Shown in pieces: positions 12,620 to 24,129 of a DNA stretch of 64,000 bases. The stretch lies in assembly GCA_028826165.1 (NCBI GenBank), contig JAPDFW010000063.1:992001-1056000 (forward strand), read 5' to 3'. The notes below the pieces were generated by a model. The model saw only the letters and a program-made list of their open reading frames with translations. It had not been told where the DNA came from and searched no databases. Made by a program: the position numbers and the translations under genes. Each line of letters begins with the position of its first letter. Position 1 is the stretch's first letter. This stretch comes from Anaeramoeba ignava BMAN (lineage: Eukaryota > Protista > Anaeramoebae).

Positions 12620-12864
12620 TTTTTGAAAAGAAAAAAAATGAAATAAAAATTTTTGAATGAGTTGAATTGGATTTATTCCTTAAAAATGAAAATGAAAATG
12701 AAAATGAAAATGAAAATGAAAATGAAAATGAAAATGAAATTGAAAAAAAGAAATTTGATCTTTTTGTTTTCTTTGTTTTCTTTGTTGATAAATTGAGGTT
12801 TTTATCCGATCAAATTATCTTCTTTTTGAAAATGGGAAAAAAGAAAATGAAAAAGAAAGGGAAT

Positions 12865-13815
12865 TTAAAGAGCTTGGCAACCAGTTCCATAATTAGCATA
12901 ATCAGCAATACCACAAGTATCTTTATCATATTCCAATTTGATGTAACCACTTTCACCCCAACTAGCACCCCATGAATTTTTGACGAGCCAATACTTAATG
13001 GTAGCATCAGTATCATAACCAACAAGTAAAACACCATGATCGATTGTCTTTCCACATTCAATATCAAGAAGAACACCACCGATATAGAATTGCCACATAA
13101 TTGAAGCATCAACACCAACTGAAATTGGGCCATGTTCAGCACATGCAGTAGCAAGACCTGTTAAATCTCCTTTTGTAATTGTTTGATAACCTGTAAGTGT
13201 TGAAACTGATTGGCATTTATCTTTGGTGCAAGATTGATCAACACCAACATAAGGATAATCTTTTTCTGAGCAAAGTCCTTTATTATCGATAACCCATTGA
13301 AGTGCATTTTCCATTAATCCTCCATCACATCCTTGATCTGTTTTATCACAATCAACAAGTTCTTGTTCGGATAATGAGTTCAATTTTCCTGATGCAATTT
13401 CAGTACATCCTTCAATTGCTCCTGTTGTTGAAAATGACCAGCATGATCCACAACTTCCTTGATTTTTCACTGGTGTAACTGCTCCTTTATCTTTCCAATT
13501 AATAGATGTTGGTAAATCTTTCACTCTTGGTGATACTGTTTCTTTTTGATCTTCAATTTTGATTGGTTTTAAATACTTGCTTTGGAATTCTGCACTTGTT
13601 AAATCTGCAAATTTGTTAACTCCTAATCTGGAACTGCTTCCTTTCTTGTTGTGTGCTTCAATTATCTTAACGTTATCTCGGAAAATCTTGTATCTCATTG
13701 CTTCTTCTTCTTCACTGTATTGTTTATTGTATTTTGCTTTGAATTTTTCAAACATTTTTTGATATGGTGAGCATGTCACAAAAACAATAAGTAATACCAA
13801 AATAATTGCTTTCAT
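12865..13815 (-). CDS. Cathepsin L-like C1A cysteine protease (copy 2)
   Basis: QGSCGSCWSF, DHGV, KNSWG; signal and propeptide. Confidence 0.95.
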   Translation of the reverse strand: MKAIILVLLIVFVTCSPYQKMFEKFKAKYNKQYSEEEEAMRYKIFRDNVKIIEAHNKKGSSSRLGVNKFADLTSAEFQSKYLKPIKIEDQKETVSPRVKDLPTSINWKDKGAVTPVKNQGSCGSCWSFSTTGAIEGCTEIASGKLNSLSEQELVDCDKTDQGCDGGLMENALQWVIDNKGLCSEKDYPYVGVDQSCTKDKCQSVSTLTGYQTITKGDLTGLATACAEHGPISVGVDASIMWQFYIGGVLLDIECGKTIDHGVLLVGYDTDATIKYWLVKNSWGASWGESGYIKLEYDKDTCGIADYANYGTGCQAL

Positions 13816-14059
13816 TTTTGTAAAACAAAAAAAATGAAAATTAATTTAAAAAAATTTTTTTTTTTTTTAAATTAAAAAAATAAATAAGTTTTTAATTTTG
13901 CTTCATGAATAAAAACAATAAAAAAATTTTTAATTAAAAAAAACTTTCTTTTTCTCCTTTTCTTTCTTCTTTTTTCTTTTCTTTTCTTTTTTTTTTGGAT
14001 TTTTATTTTTATTTTTAATTTTATTTTGATTTGATTTTGATTTCAATTTTAATTTTGAT

Positions 14060-14955
14060 TTTAATTTAAAATAATCAATTCCACTTTTAATTTCATTAAT
14101 AATTTCTTTTGTAATTTTAATTTTGATTTTAATTTTAGTTTTGATTTTGATTTTGATTTTAATTTTAATTTTAATTTTAATTTTAATTTTAATTTGATTT
14201 GATTTTAATTGAAAATAATCAATTCCACTTTTAATTTCATTAATAATTTCTTTTGTAATTATAATTTTAATTTTAATTTTAGTTTTAATTTTAATTTTAA
14301 TTTTTATTTTGATTTTAATTTTAATTTTAATTTTAATTTTGATTTTGATTTTGATATTGATTTTAATTGAAAATAATCAATTCCACTTTTAATTTCATTA
14401 ATAATTTCTTTTTTAATTTTAATTTTAATTTTTATTTTAATTTTAATTATAATTATAATTTTAGTTTTGATTTTGATTTTGATTTTAATTTTAATTTTAA
14501 TTGAAAATAATCAATTCCACTTTTAATTTTATTAATAATTTCTTTTTTAATTTTGATTTTAATTTTAATTTTAATTTTAATTTTAATTTTAATTTTAATT
14601 TTAATTTTAATTTTAATTTTAATTTTAATTTTAATTTTGATTTTGATTTTGATATTGATTTTAATTGAAAATAATCAATTCCACTTTTAATTTCATTAAT
14701 AATTTCTTTTTTAATTTTAATTTTAATTTTAATTTTAATTTTAATTATAATTTTATAAATGAATTTTAATTTTTGATTTTAATTTCATTAATAATTTCTT
14801 TTTTAATTTTAATTTTAATTTTAATTTTGATTTTGATTTTAATTTTAATTTTAATTTTAATTTTAATTTTAATTTTAATTTTAATTTTAATTTGATTTGA
14901 TTTTAATTGAAAATAATCAATTCCACTTTTAATTTCATTAATAATTTCTTTTTTA
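14060..14955 (-). repeat. Array of ~45-bp copies of the RCC1-BTB 3' coding segment separated by (TTTTAA)n spacers
   Basis: AAAATAATCAATTCCACTTTTAATTT(C/T)ATTAATAATTTCTT occurs about 6 times in full plus a partial. Similar copies lie at ~10300-10760 and ~18230-18420. Confidence 0.85.
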
Positions 14956-15074
14956 ATTTTAATTTTAATTTTAATTTTAATTTTGATTTTAATTTTAATT
15001 TTTAATTTTAATTTTAATTTTAATTTTAATTTTAATTTTAATTTTAATTTTTAATTTTAATTTTAATTTTAATT

Positions 15075-16853
15075 TTAATTTTGATTATTAAATTTATTAA
15101 TTAATAAATCAAATAAATTTGGATTTGTTTGATTTAATTGAAAATAATCAATTCCAATTTGAATTTCATCAATTATTTCTTGTGTAATTTTAATTTCATC
15201 TTTAATTTGATTTGAATAAATCCAATATTCAAATATTTGAAATGATTTATTACTTAATTCACTATAATCTGTAACTTTATTTGAAGTATCTTCTGTTACA
15301 GATAAAAACATTCCTCTATATAATTCACTTCTCATTATTAATATTAATTTTGGAAATTTATATTGTTTTTCTTTTCTTTCAATAATAAAATCTTTTTCAT
15401 TTTCATTTTCATTTAAATAAATTCTTTTCATTGTTTCTTCAATTTTTTCATTTAAATTTATAATTTCTTTAATTTCTGAATATAATTTTGGATTTATTAT
15501 TCTATTTGAATAAATCATTTCAAATATTTGATTTGATTCTTTAATTGATTTTTTTGAAATAATTTCTTGAAGTTTTTCAATTTCATTTTCATTTTGATTT
15601 AATCTATATTTCAATATTAATTTATGAGCTTCAATTATTTCTCCATTTTTGGTTTTAAATGAAATATCACAAAATTCTTTTCTTCTAAATAGTTTTATCA
15701 AATCTTCTTCAAGATTGGAAAAAGAAAGAGGAGAGTAATAAAGAAATGAGGTCCAATCTCCACAAGAAAGATGATAATTGGAAATATTTTCATTAAATCT
15801 TAATTTAGGAAGTTCAATTTGAATTGGAATTAATTGATTATTTGTATCTCCAGTTCCTAATTGACCATATCTATTATCTCCAAATACGATTAATTTTGAA
15901 TTAGAAGTTAAAATCAACGTATGCGATTCAGAAATAGAAAAATCAATAATATTATCATCATTTTCAAATAAAGATGATTTGATTTCAGTAAATTCTTTAA
16001 TATTTTTATTTTCTTTTCCAAGTCCATTATATTCATAATTCCCACATGAATAAAGTTTTCTTTTTGGATTTTCATTTTCATTTTCAATCAAAATTATTGA
16101 ATGCCAATATCCACATTGAATATCAATTATTTTGCCTTTTGGAATATTTTGAATTTTGGTTAATTTAGGGATTTTTGTTTCTTCTTCTTTTCTTTTTGAT
16201 TTTCCTAATCCGAGTTGACCATATTCATTATATCCACATCCAAATAATTCTTGATTTGAATTTAAAAGAAAAACAAAACTTGAAGTATTTCCTGAAAATA
16301 TTTTAGAAACATTTTTCATCATTAAAATTGGTTTTTCTGTTTTTCGTGTTTTAGAATCAAAAAATATTTCTCCAAATTTATTTGAACCAATTCCATAAGC
16401 ATTTTGATTTGAAGTTAATAAGTAAATTGTATGAGCTCCAGAAACAATATCTTGAATTATTCTATCATTTTTATCTTCAATTAATGATGAAATATTGATA
16501 AATTGATTTTGATTTTCTGAATTAATATCATATCCTTTAGCAAATACATTTCCTTCTATTGTTAAAATAGCTTCGTTTCCATGGCCAACAGTTACTTTTT
16601 GAATATTTTCTTCAATTTGTATTTTTTGGTGATTTGGTTTTGAATATGTTAAATATTCTATTGCTTTTCCATTTTTAAAAAGGAAAATTGTTGATAAATA
16701 ACTTGATGAAATTTGTTTAATTTGTTTTTCATTTTCATTTTCATTTTCATTTTCAAATTCAAATTTAAATTGAATTGGTTTTTTTAATCCTTCTGGTTCA
16801 TTTTTGAAAAAAATATGAGCATCATTTAAACCAAAAAATATAATTTCATTCAT
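15075..16853 (-). CDS. RCC1-repeat and tandem BTB domain protein (copy 2)
   Basis: Highly similar to copy 1, with the same motifs. Confidence 0.9.
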   Translation of the reverse strand: MNEIIFFGLNDAHIFFKNEPEGLKKPIQFKFEFENENENENEKQIKQISSSYLSTIFLFKNGKAIEYLTYSKPNHQKIQIEENIQKVTVGHGNEAILTIEGNVFAKGYDINSENQNQFINISSLIEDKNDRIIQDIVSGAHTIYLLTSNQNAYGIGSNKFGEIFFDSKTRKTEKPILMMKNVSKIFSGNTSSFVFLLNSNQELFGCGYNEYGQLGLGKSKRKEEETKIPKLTKIQNIPKGKIIDIQCGYWHSIILIENENENPKRKLYSCGNYEYNGLGKENKNIKEFTEIKSSLFENDDNIIDFSISESHTLILTSNSKLIVFGDNRYGQLGTGDTNNQLIPIQIELPKLRFNENISNYHLSCGDWTSFLYYSPLSFSNLEEDLIKLFRRKEFCDISFKTKNGEIIEAHKLILKYRLNQNENEIEKLQEIISKKSIKESNQIFEMIYSNRIINPKLYSEIKEIINLNEKIEETMKRIYLNENENEKDFIIERKEKQYKFPKLILIMRSELYRGMFLSVTEDTSNKVTDYSELSNKSFQIFEYWIYSNQIKDEIKITQEIIDEIQIGIDYFQLNQTNPNLFDLLINKFNNQN

Positions 16854-17054
16854 TTTAGAAAAGAAAAAAAATGAAATAAAAATTTTTGAATGAGTTGAAT
16901 TGGATTTATTGCTTAAAATTGGAATTGAAATTGAAAATGAAAAAAAGAAATTTGATCTTTTTTTGTTTTCTTTGTTGATAAATTGAGGTTTTTATCCGAT
17001 CAAATTATCTTCTTTTTGAAAATGGGAAAAAAGAAAATGAAAAAGAAAGGGAAT

Positions 17055-18005
17055 TTAAAGAGCTTTGCAACCAGTTCCATAATTAGCATAATCAGCAATA
17101 CCACAAGTATCTTTATCATATTCCAATCTGACGTAACCACTTTCACCCCAACTAGCACCCCATGAATTTTTGACGAGCCAATAGTTGTCAGTTTTTTCAG
17201 TATTGTAACCAACAAGTAAAACACCATGATCGATATCCTTTCCACATTCAATATCAAGAATAATACCACCGATATAGAATTGCCATGCAATTGAAGCATC
17301 AACACCAACTGAAATTGGGCCATGTTCAGCACATGCAGTAGCAAGACCTGTTAAATCTCCTTTTGTAATTGTTTGATAACCTGTAAGTGTTGAAACTGAT
17401 TGGCATTTATCTTTGGTGCAAGATTGATCAACACCAACATAAGGATATTTTTCTTCTGAGCAAAGTCCTCCATTATCGATAACCCATTGAAGTGCATTTT
17501 CCATTAATCCTCCATCACATCCTTGATCTGTTGTATCACAATCAACAAGTTCTTGTTCGGATAATGAGTTCAATTTTCCTGATGCAATTTCAGCACATCC
17601 TTCAATTGCTCCTGTTGTTGAAAATGCCCAGCATGATCCACAACTTCCTTGATTTTTCACTGGTGTAACTGCTCCTTTATCTTTCCAATTAATAGATGTT
17701 GGTAAATCTTTCACTCTTGGTGATACTGTTTCTTTTTGATCTTCAATTTTGATTGGTTTTAAATACTTGCTTTGGAATTCTGCACTTGTTAAATCTGCAA
17801 ATTTGTTAACTCCAAATTTGGAACTGCTTCCTTTCTTGTTGTGTGCTTCAATTATCTTAACATTATCTCGGAAAATCTTGTATCTCATTGCTTCTTCTTC
17901 TTCACTGTATTGTTTATTGTATTTTGCTTTGAATTTTTCAAACATTTTTTGATATGGTGAGCATGTCACAAAAACAATAAGTAATACCAAAATAATTGCT
18001 TTCAT
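17055..18005 (-). CDS. Cathepsin L-like C1A cysteine protease (copy 3)
   Basis: QGSCGSCWAF, DHGV, KNSWG. Confidence 0.95.
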   Translation of the reverse strand: MKAIILVLLIVFVTCSPYQKMFEKFKAKYNKQYSEEEEAMRYKIFRDNVKIIEAHNKKGSSSKFGVNKFADLTSAEFQSKYLKPIKIEDQKETVSPRVKDLPTSINWKDKGAVTPVKNQGSCGSCWAFSTTGAIEGCAEIASGKLNSLSEQELVDCDTTDQGCDGGLMENALQWVIDNGGLCSEEKYPYVGVDQSCTKDKCQSVSTLTGYQTITKGDLTGLATACAEHGPISVGVDASIAWQFYIGGIILDIECGKDIDHGVLLVGYNTEKTDNYWLVKNSWGASWGESGYVRLEYDKDTCGIADYANYGTGCKAL

Positions 18006-18518
18006 TTTTGTAAAACAAAAAAAATGAAAATAAATTAAAAAAATAAATAAGTTTTTAATTTTGCTTCATGAATAAAAACAATAAAAAAATTTTTAATTAA
18101 AAAAAACTTTCTTTTTCTTTTTCTTTTTCTTTTTCTCCTTTTTTTTTTGGATTTTTATTTTTATTTTTAATTTTATTTTGATTTGATTTTGATTTCAATT
18201 TTAATTTTAAATTTAATTGTGATTTTAATTTAAAATAATCAATTCCACTTTTAATTTCATTAATAATTTCTTTTGTGATTTTAAATTTAATTGAAAATAA
18301 TCAATTCCACTTTTGATTTTGATTTTGATTTTAATTTAAATTTTGATTGTGATTTTAATTTTGATTTCGATTGAAAATAATCAATTCCACTTTTAATTTC
18401 ATTAATAATTTCTTTTGTAATTTTGATTTTAATTTTAATTTTAATTTTGATTTTAATTTTAATTTTAATTTTAATTTTAATTTTAATTTTAATTTTGATT
18501 TTAATTTTAATTTTAATT

Positions 18519-20360
18519 TTAATTTTGATTTTGATTTTGATTTTGATTATTAAATTTGCTAATTAATAAATCAAATAAATTTGGATTTGTTTGATTTAAT
18601 TGAAAATAATCAATTCCACTTTTAATTTCTTCAATTATTTCTTGTGTAATTTGAATTTCATCTTTAATTTGATTTGAATAAATCCAATATTCAAATATTT
18701 GGAATGATTTATTACTTAATTCAATATAATCTGTAACTTTATTAGAAGTATCATTTGTTACAGATAAAAACATTCCTCGATATAATTCACTTCTCATTAT
18801 TAATATTAATTTTGGAAATTTATATTGTTTTTCTTTTTTTTCAATAATAAAATCTTTTTCATTTTCATTTAAATAAATTCTTTTCATTGTTTCTTCAATT
18901 TTTTCATTTGAATTTATAATTTCTTTAATTTCAGAATATAATTTTGGATTTATTATTCTGTTTGAATAAATCATTTCAAATATTTGATTTGATTCTTTAA
19001 TTGATTTTTTTGAAATAATTTCTTGAAGTTTTTCAATTTCATTTTGATTTTCATTTTGATTTAATCTATATTTCAATATTAATTTATGAGCTTCAATTAT
19101 TTCTCCATTTTCTGTTTTAAATGAAATATCACAAAATTCTTTTCTTTTAAATAATTTTATCAAATCTTCTTCAAGATTGGAAAAAGAAGGAGAAGAATAA
19201 TAAAGAAAGGAATTATTATATCCACAAGAAATATGATAATTGGAAATATTTTCATTAAATCTTAATTTAGGAAGTTCAATTTGAATTGGAATTGATTGAT
19301 TATTTGTATCTCCAGTTCCTAATTGACCAAAATAATTACTTCCAAATACTATTAATTTCTCTTTTTCTGTTAAAATCAAAGTATGTCTATTTCCAACAGA
19401 AAAATCAATAATATTATAATCATTTTCAAATAAAGATGATTTGATTTCAGTAAATTCATAAGTATTTTCGTCTTCATCATTTTGGCCAAGTCCATTAAAT
19501 TCATAATAACTACATGAATAAAGTTTTCTTTTTGCCTCATCAGTTTCAATCAACATTATTGAATGAGTAAATCCACATTGAATATCAATTATTTTGCCCT
19601 TTGGAATATTTTGGATTTTAGTTAGTTTTTGGATTTTTGTTTCTTCTTTTTTTGATTTCCCTAATCCAAGTTGACCATATTTATTCCATCCACATCCAAA
19701 TAATTCTTGATTTGAATTTAAAAGAAAAACATGATTTGAAGTATTTCCTGAAAATATTTTAGAAACATTTTTCATCATTAAAATTGGTTTTTCTGTTTTT
19801 TCAAGTGTTTTAGAATCAAAACCAAGTTGACCTAGATAATTATCACCAATTCCATAAGCATTTTGATTTGAAGTTAATAAGTAAACTGTATGAGCTCCAG
19901 AAACAACATCTTGAATTATTCTATCATTTTTATCTTCAATTAATGATGAAATATTGATAAATTCTTTTGGATTATCTGGATTAATGTATTCTCCTTTGGC
20001 AAATACATTTCCTTTTTTTGTTAAAATAGCTTCATTTTGAGCACCAGCAGTTACTTTTTGAATATTTTCTTCAATTTGGATTTTTGAAGGATTTTGTTTT
20101 GAATCTCTTAAATACTCTATTGCTTTTCCATTTTTAAAAAGGAAAATTGTTGATAAAAAACTTGATGAAATTTGTTTAATTTGTTTTTCATTTTCATTTT
20201 CATTTTCATTTTCATTTTCATTTTCATTTTCATTTTCATTTTCATTTTCATTTTCATTTTCATTTTCATTTTCGAATTGAATTGGTTTTTTTATTTTTTC
20301 TGTTTCATTTTTGATAAGTTTTGGATTTTGATTTGAACCAAAAAATAAACAATCATTCAT
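18519..20360 (-). CDS. RCC1-repeat and tandem BTB domain protein (copy 3, more divergent propeller)
   Basis: GIGDNYLGQLG, GCGWNKYGQLGLG, FGSNYFGQLGTG; BTB pair; long (NE)n tract near the N-terminus. Confidence 0.9.
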   Translation of the reverse strand: MNDCLFFGSNQNPKLIKNETEKIKKPIQFENENENENENENENENENENENENENENEKQIKQISSSFLSTIFLFKNGKAIEYLRDSKQNPSKIQIEENIQKVTAGAQNEAILTKKGNVFAKGEYINPDNPKEFINISSLIEDKNDRIIQDVVSGAHTVYLLTSNQNAYGIGDNYLGQLGFDSKTLEKTEKPILMMKNVSKIFSGNTSNHVFLLNSNQELFGCGWNKYGQLGLGKSKKEETKIQKLTKIQNIPKGKIIDIQCGFTHSIMLIETDEAKRKLYSCSYYEFNGLGQNDEDENTYEFTEIKSSLFENDYNIIDFSVGNRHTLILTEKEKLIVFGSNYFGQLGTGDTNNQSIPIQIELPKLRFNENISNYHISCGYNNSFLYYSSPSFSNLEEDLIKLFKRKEFCDISFKTENGEIIEAHKLILKYRLNQNENQNEIEKLQEIISKKSIKESNQIFEMIYSNRIINPKLYSEIKEIINSNEKIEETMKRIYLNENEKDFIIEKKEKQYKFPKLILIMRSELYRGMFLSVTNDTSNKVTDYIELSNKSFQIFEYWIYSNQIKDEIQITQEIIEEIKSGIDYFQLNQTNPNLFDLLISKFNNQNQNQNQN

Positions 20361-20424
20361 TTTTGAAATGAAAAAAAAATGAAAAAATAATTTTTGAAAT
20401 TTTAAATTTTAATTTTGATTTTAA

Positions 20425-22606
20425 TTATTAATAAATTTATTTAAAATTAATAATAGATAATATTTTATTATAAATTATTAATAATTATTGTTTTAATTTT
20501 AATTATAATTTTGATTAAATATTTGAATTAATTTTATTTTAATATTTTTAATAATAATTAATTAGAAATTTATTAATAAATTTATTTAAAATTAATAATA
20601 GATAATATTTTATTATAAATTATTAATAATTATTGTTTTGATTTTAAATATGATTTTGATTAAATTATTGGATTAATTTTATTTTAATATTTTTAATTAT
20701 AATTAATTAGAAATTTATTAATAAATTTATTTAAAATTAATAATAGATATTGTTTTAATTTTAATTATAATTTTGATTAAATATTTGAATTAATTTTTAT
20801 TTTAATATTTTTAATAATAATTAATTAGAAATTTATTAATAAATTTATTTATAATTAATAATAGATAATATTTTATTATAAATTATTAATAATTATTGTT
20901 TTAATTTTAATTAAAATTTTGATTAAATTTTTGAATTAATTTTATTTTAATATTTTTAATTATAATTTATTAGAAATTTATTAATAAATTTATTTAAAAT
21001 TAAAAAATAGATAATATTTTATTATAAATTATTAATAATTATTGTTTTAATTTTAATTATAATTTTGATTAAAATTTTGAATTAATTTTATTTTAATATT
21101 TTTAATAATAATTAATTAGAAATTTATTAATAAATTTATTTATAATTAATAATAGATAATATTTTATTATAAATTATTAATAATTATTGTTTTAATTTTA
21201 AATAAAATTTTAAATAAATATTTGAATTAATTTTATTTTAATATTTTTAATTATAATTTATTAGAAATTTATTAATAAATTTATTTAAAATTAATAATAG
21301 ATAATATTTTATTATAAATTATTAATAATTATTATTTTGATTTTAAATATAATTTTGATTAAATTATTGAATTAATTTTATTTTAATATTTTTAATTATA
21401 ATTAATTTAAAATTTATTAATAAATTTATTTATAATTAATAATAGATAATATTTTATTATAAATTATTAATAATTATTGTTTTAATTTTTAAATATAATT
21501 TTGATTAAATTATTGAATTAATTTTATTTTAATATTTTTAATTATAATTAATTAGAAATTTATTAATAAATTTATTTATAATTAATAATAGATAATATTT
21601 TATTATAAATTATTAATAATTATTAATTTAATTTTAAATATAATTTTAATTAAATTTTTGGATTAATTTTATTTTAATATTTTCAATAATAATTAATTAG
21701 AAATTTATTAATAAATTTATTTATAATTAATAATAGATAATATTTTATTATAAATTATTAATAATTATTGTTTTTAATTTTTAATTATAATTTTAATTAA
21801 ATTTTTGAATTAATTTTATTTTAATATTTTTAATTATAATTAATTAGAAATTTATTAATAAATTTATTTATAATTAATAATAGATAATATTTTATTATAA
21901 ATTATTAATAATTATTGATTTAAATTTAATTATAATTTTGATTAAATTTTTGAATTAATTTTATTTTAATATTTTTAATAATAATTAATTAGAAATTTAT
22001 TAATAAATTTATTTATAATTAATAATAGATAATATTTTATTATAAATTATTAATAATTATTGTTTTAATTTTTAATTAAAATTTTGATTAAATTATTGAA
22101 TTAATTTTATTTTAATATTTTTAATAATAATTAATTAGAAATTTATTAATAAATTTATTTATAATTAATAATAGATAATATTTTTATTATAAATTATTAA
22201 TAATTATTGATTTAAATTTAATTATAATTTTGATTAAATTATTGAATTAATTTTATTTTAATATTTTTAATTATAATTAATTAGAAATTTATTAATAAAT
22301 TTATTTATAATTAATAATAGATAATATTTTTATTATAAATTATTAATAATTATTGTTTTAATTTTAATTATAATTTTAATTGAATTTTTGAATTAATTTT
22401 ATTTTAATATTTTTAATTATAATTAATTAGAAATTTATTAATAAATTTATTTATAATTAATAATAGATAATATTTTATTATAAATTATTAATAATTATTG
22501 ATTTAATTTTAATTATAATTTTGATTAAATTATTGAATTAATTTTATTTTAATATTTTTAATAATAATTAATTAGAAATTTATTAATAAATTTATTTAAA
22601 ATTAAA
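20425..22606. repeat. Satellite A, ~145-bp monomer, about 15 copies
   Basis: The marker ATAGATA recurs with its G at 20456, 20601, 20746, 20864 (one shortened unit), 21010, 21155, 21300, 21445 ... 22466. Confidence 0.92.
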
Positions 22607-22966
22607 AAAGCAAAAAAAACTTTAAATACGTCAGTTTAATTAAAATGATCAATTCAATTAAAATTAAAATTAAAAATTCAAATTAAAATTCAATTAAAAA
22701 TTCAATTAAAATTTTTTAATTTTTATTCTTTTTTTGTTTTATTTTTTAATTAAAAAAGCGATCAAAAATTAAAAACTCTTTTTAAATTGTTTTAAAATTA
22801 ATAAAATAAATAATAAAACATCTTTTACCTAATGAATAATTTAATTAAAAAACTTTTTAATTAAAAAAAAAGAAAAAAAAAATTTTTAAATGCAGGCAAA
22901 AAAATAATTTAAAAATAAAAAAAAAATAAAAAAAAAAAAAAATCATTTCATTTTTGGAATAAAGCA

Positions 22967-23917
22967 ATGAAATTCATTGTTATTTTCGCTATTTTAGTTT
23001 TGGTTGCATCATGCGCCAATGACAGAATGCTTTTCAATCACTTCAAGAACAAATTCAACAAGAAATACAGTGTTGAAGAAGAAGCCATGAGATTCAAAAT
23101 TTTCCAAGCAAACTTAAAGACAATCCGAGAACACAATGCAGGAGATTCAACCTTCAAAATGGGAATCAATCAATTCACCGATTTGACCCTCAAAGAATAT
23201 GCACAAAAATACTTATCCCCAGTCAAAATCCAAGGTTCAGGAAGAAAAACAAATGAAAAAGTTACAGTTGGAGGAAGCTTTAATTGGGTTGATCATGGAG
23301 CAGTTACACCAGTCAAAGATCAAGGACAATGTGGATCATGCTGGACATTCTCAACAACAGGAATGATTGAAGGATGCACAGTTGCTGATGGAGGTAAATT
23401 AATCTCACTTTCCGAACAAGAAATTGTTGATTGTGATGATGGTGGTTATGGATGTAACGGAGGTTGGCCATATCAAGCTATGGCATGGGTTACTAGTAAT
23501 GGTGGACTTTGCTCAGAACAAGCCTATCCTTATAAAGCTTATGATCAAAATTGCCAAAAATCATCTTGCCAATCAGTTTCAACTTTGAATGCACATGCTC
23601 AATACTCAAGTGAAACTGAAATGATGAACAAAATCCAAACTTACGGACCAATCTCAATTGCTGTTGATGCTGAAAATAGTGCTTTTATGTACTATACAAG
23701 TGGTGTAGTCACTGCCTCAGAGTGCCCTGATGACGGATTAGATCATGCTATTCTTATTACTGGATATAACACTGATGCCAACCCACCATACTGGATTGTC
23801 AAAAATTCATGGGCAGCTTCATGGGGACAACAAGGTTATATTTGGTTGGAATACGGAAAAAACACTTGTGGTCTTGCTGATCAAGCTTGGTATGGAACTG
23901 GTTGCCACAATCTCTAA
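22967..23917 (+). CDS. Cathepsin L-like C1A cysteine protease (copy 4)
   Basis: QGQCGSCWTF, LDHAI, KNSWA; close paralogue of the copy at 49876. Confidence 0.95.
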   Translation: MKFIVIFAILVLVASCANDRMLFNHFKNKFNKKYSVEEEAMRFKIFQANLKTIREHNAGDSTFKMGINQFTDLTLKEYAQKYLSPVKIQGSGRKTNEKVTVGGSFNWVDHGAVTPVKDQGQCGSCWTFSTTGMIEGCTVADGGKLISLSEQEIVDCDDGGYGCNGGWPYQAMAWVTSNGGLCSEQAYPYKAYDQNCQKSSCQSVSTLNAHAQYSSETEMMNKIQTYGPISIAVDAENSAFMYYTSGVVTASECPDDGLDHAILITGYNTDANPPYWIVKNSWAASWGQQGYIWLEYGKNTCGLADQAWYGTGCHNL

Positions 23918-24129
23918 ATTACTTAGCTTAGCTCATTTTTTTCATTTTTTTTTTCTTTAAGCAAAATTTAATTCGTTTCCTTTTTTTGCTTTTTTTTCAC
24001 ATTCAATCTGCATAATAATGAGATTGAATTTTTTTTTAAGACTTTTTGGTTTAATTTGGTTTTAAGAACTTAATAAAGAAAAAGTCATTTTTCGCAACAA
24101 TTTATTTATTATTTTTATTTTTAAAAAAT

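Noticed and set aside
14060-14955. CRISPR-like repeat-spacer appearance
   Set aside because: Eukaryotic context, spacers are microsatellite, the repeat derives from RCC1-BTB coding sequence, and there are no cas genes.
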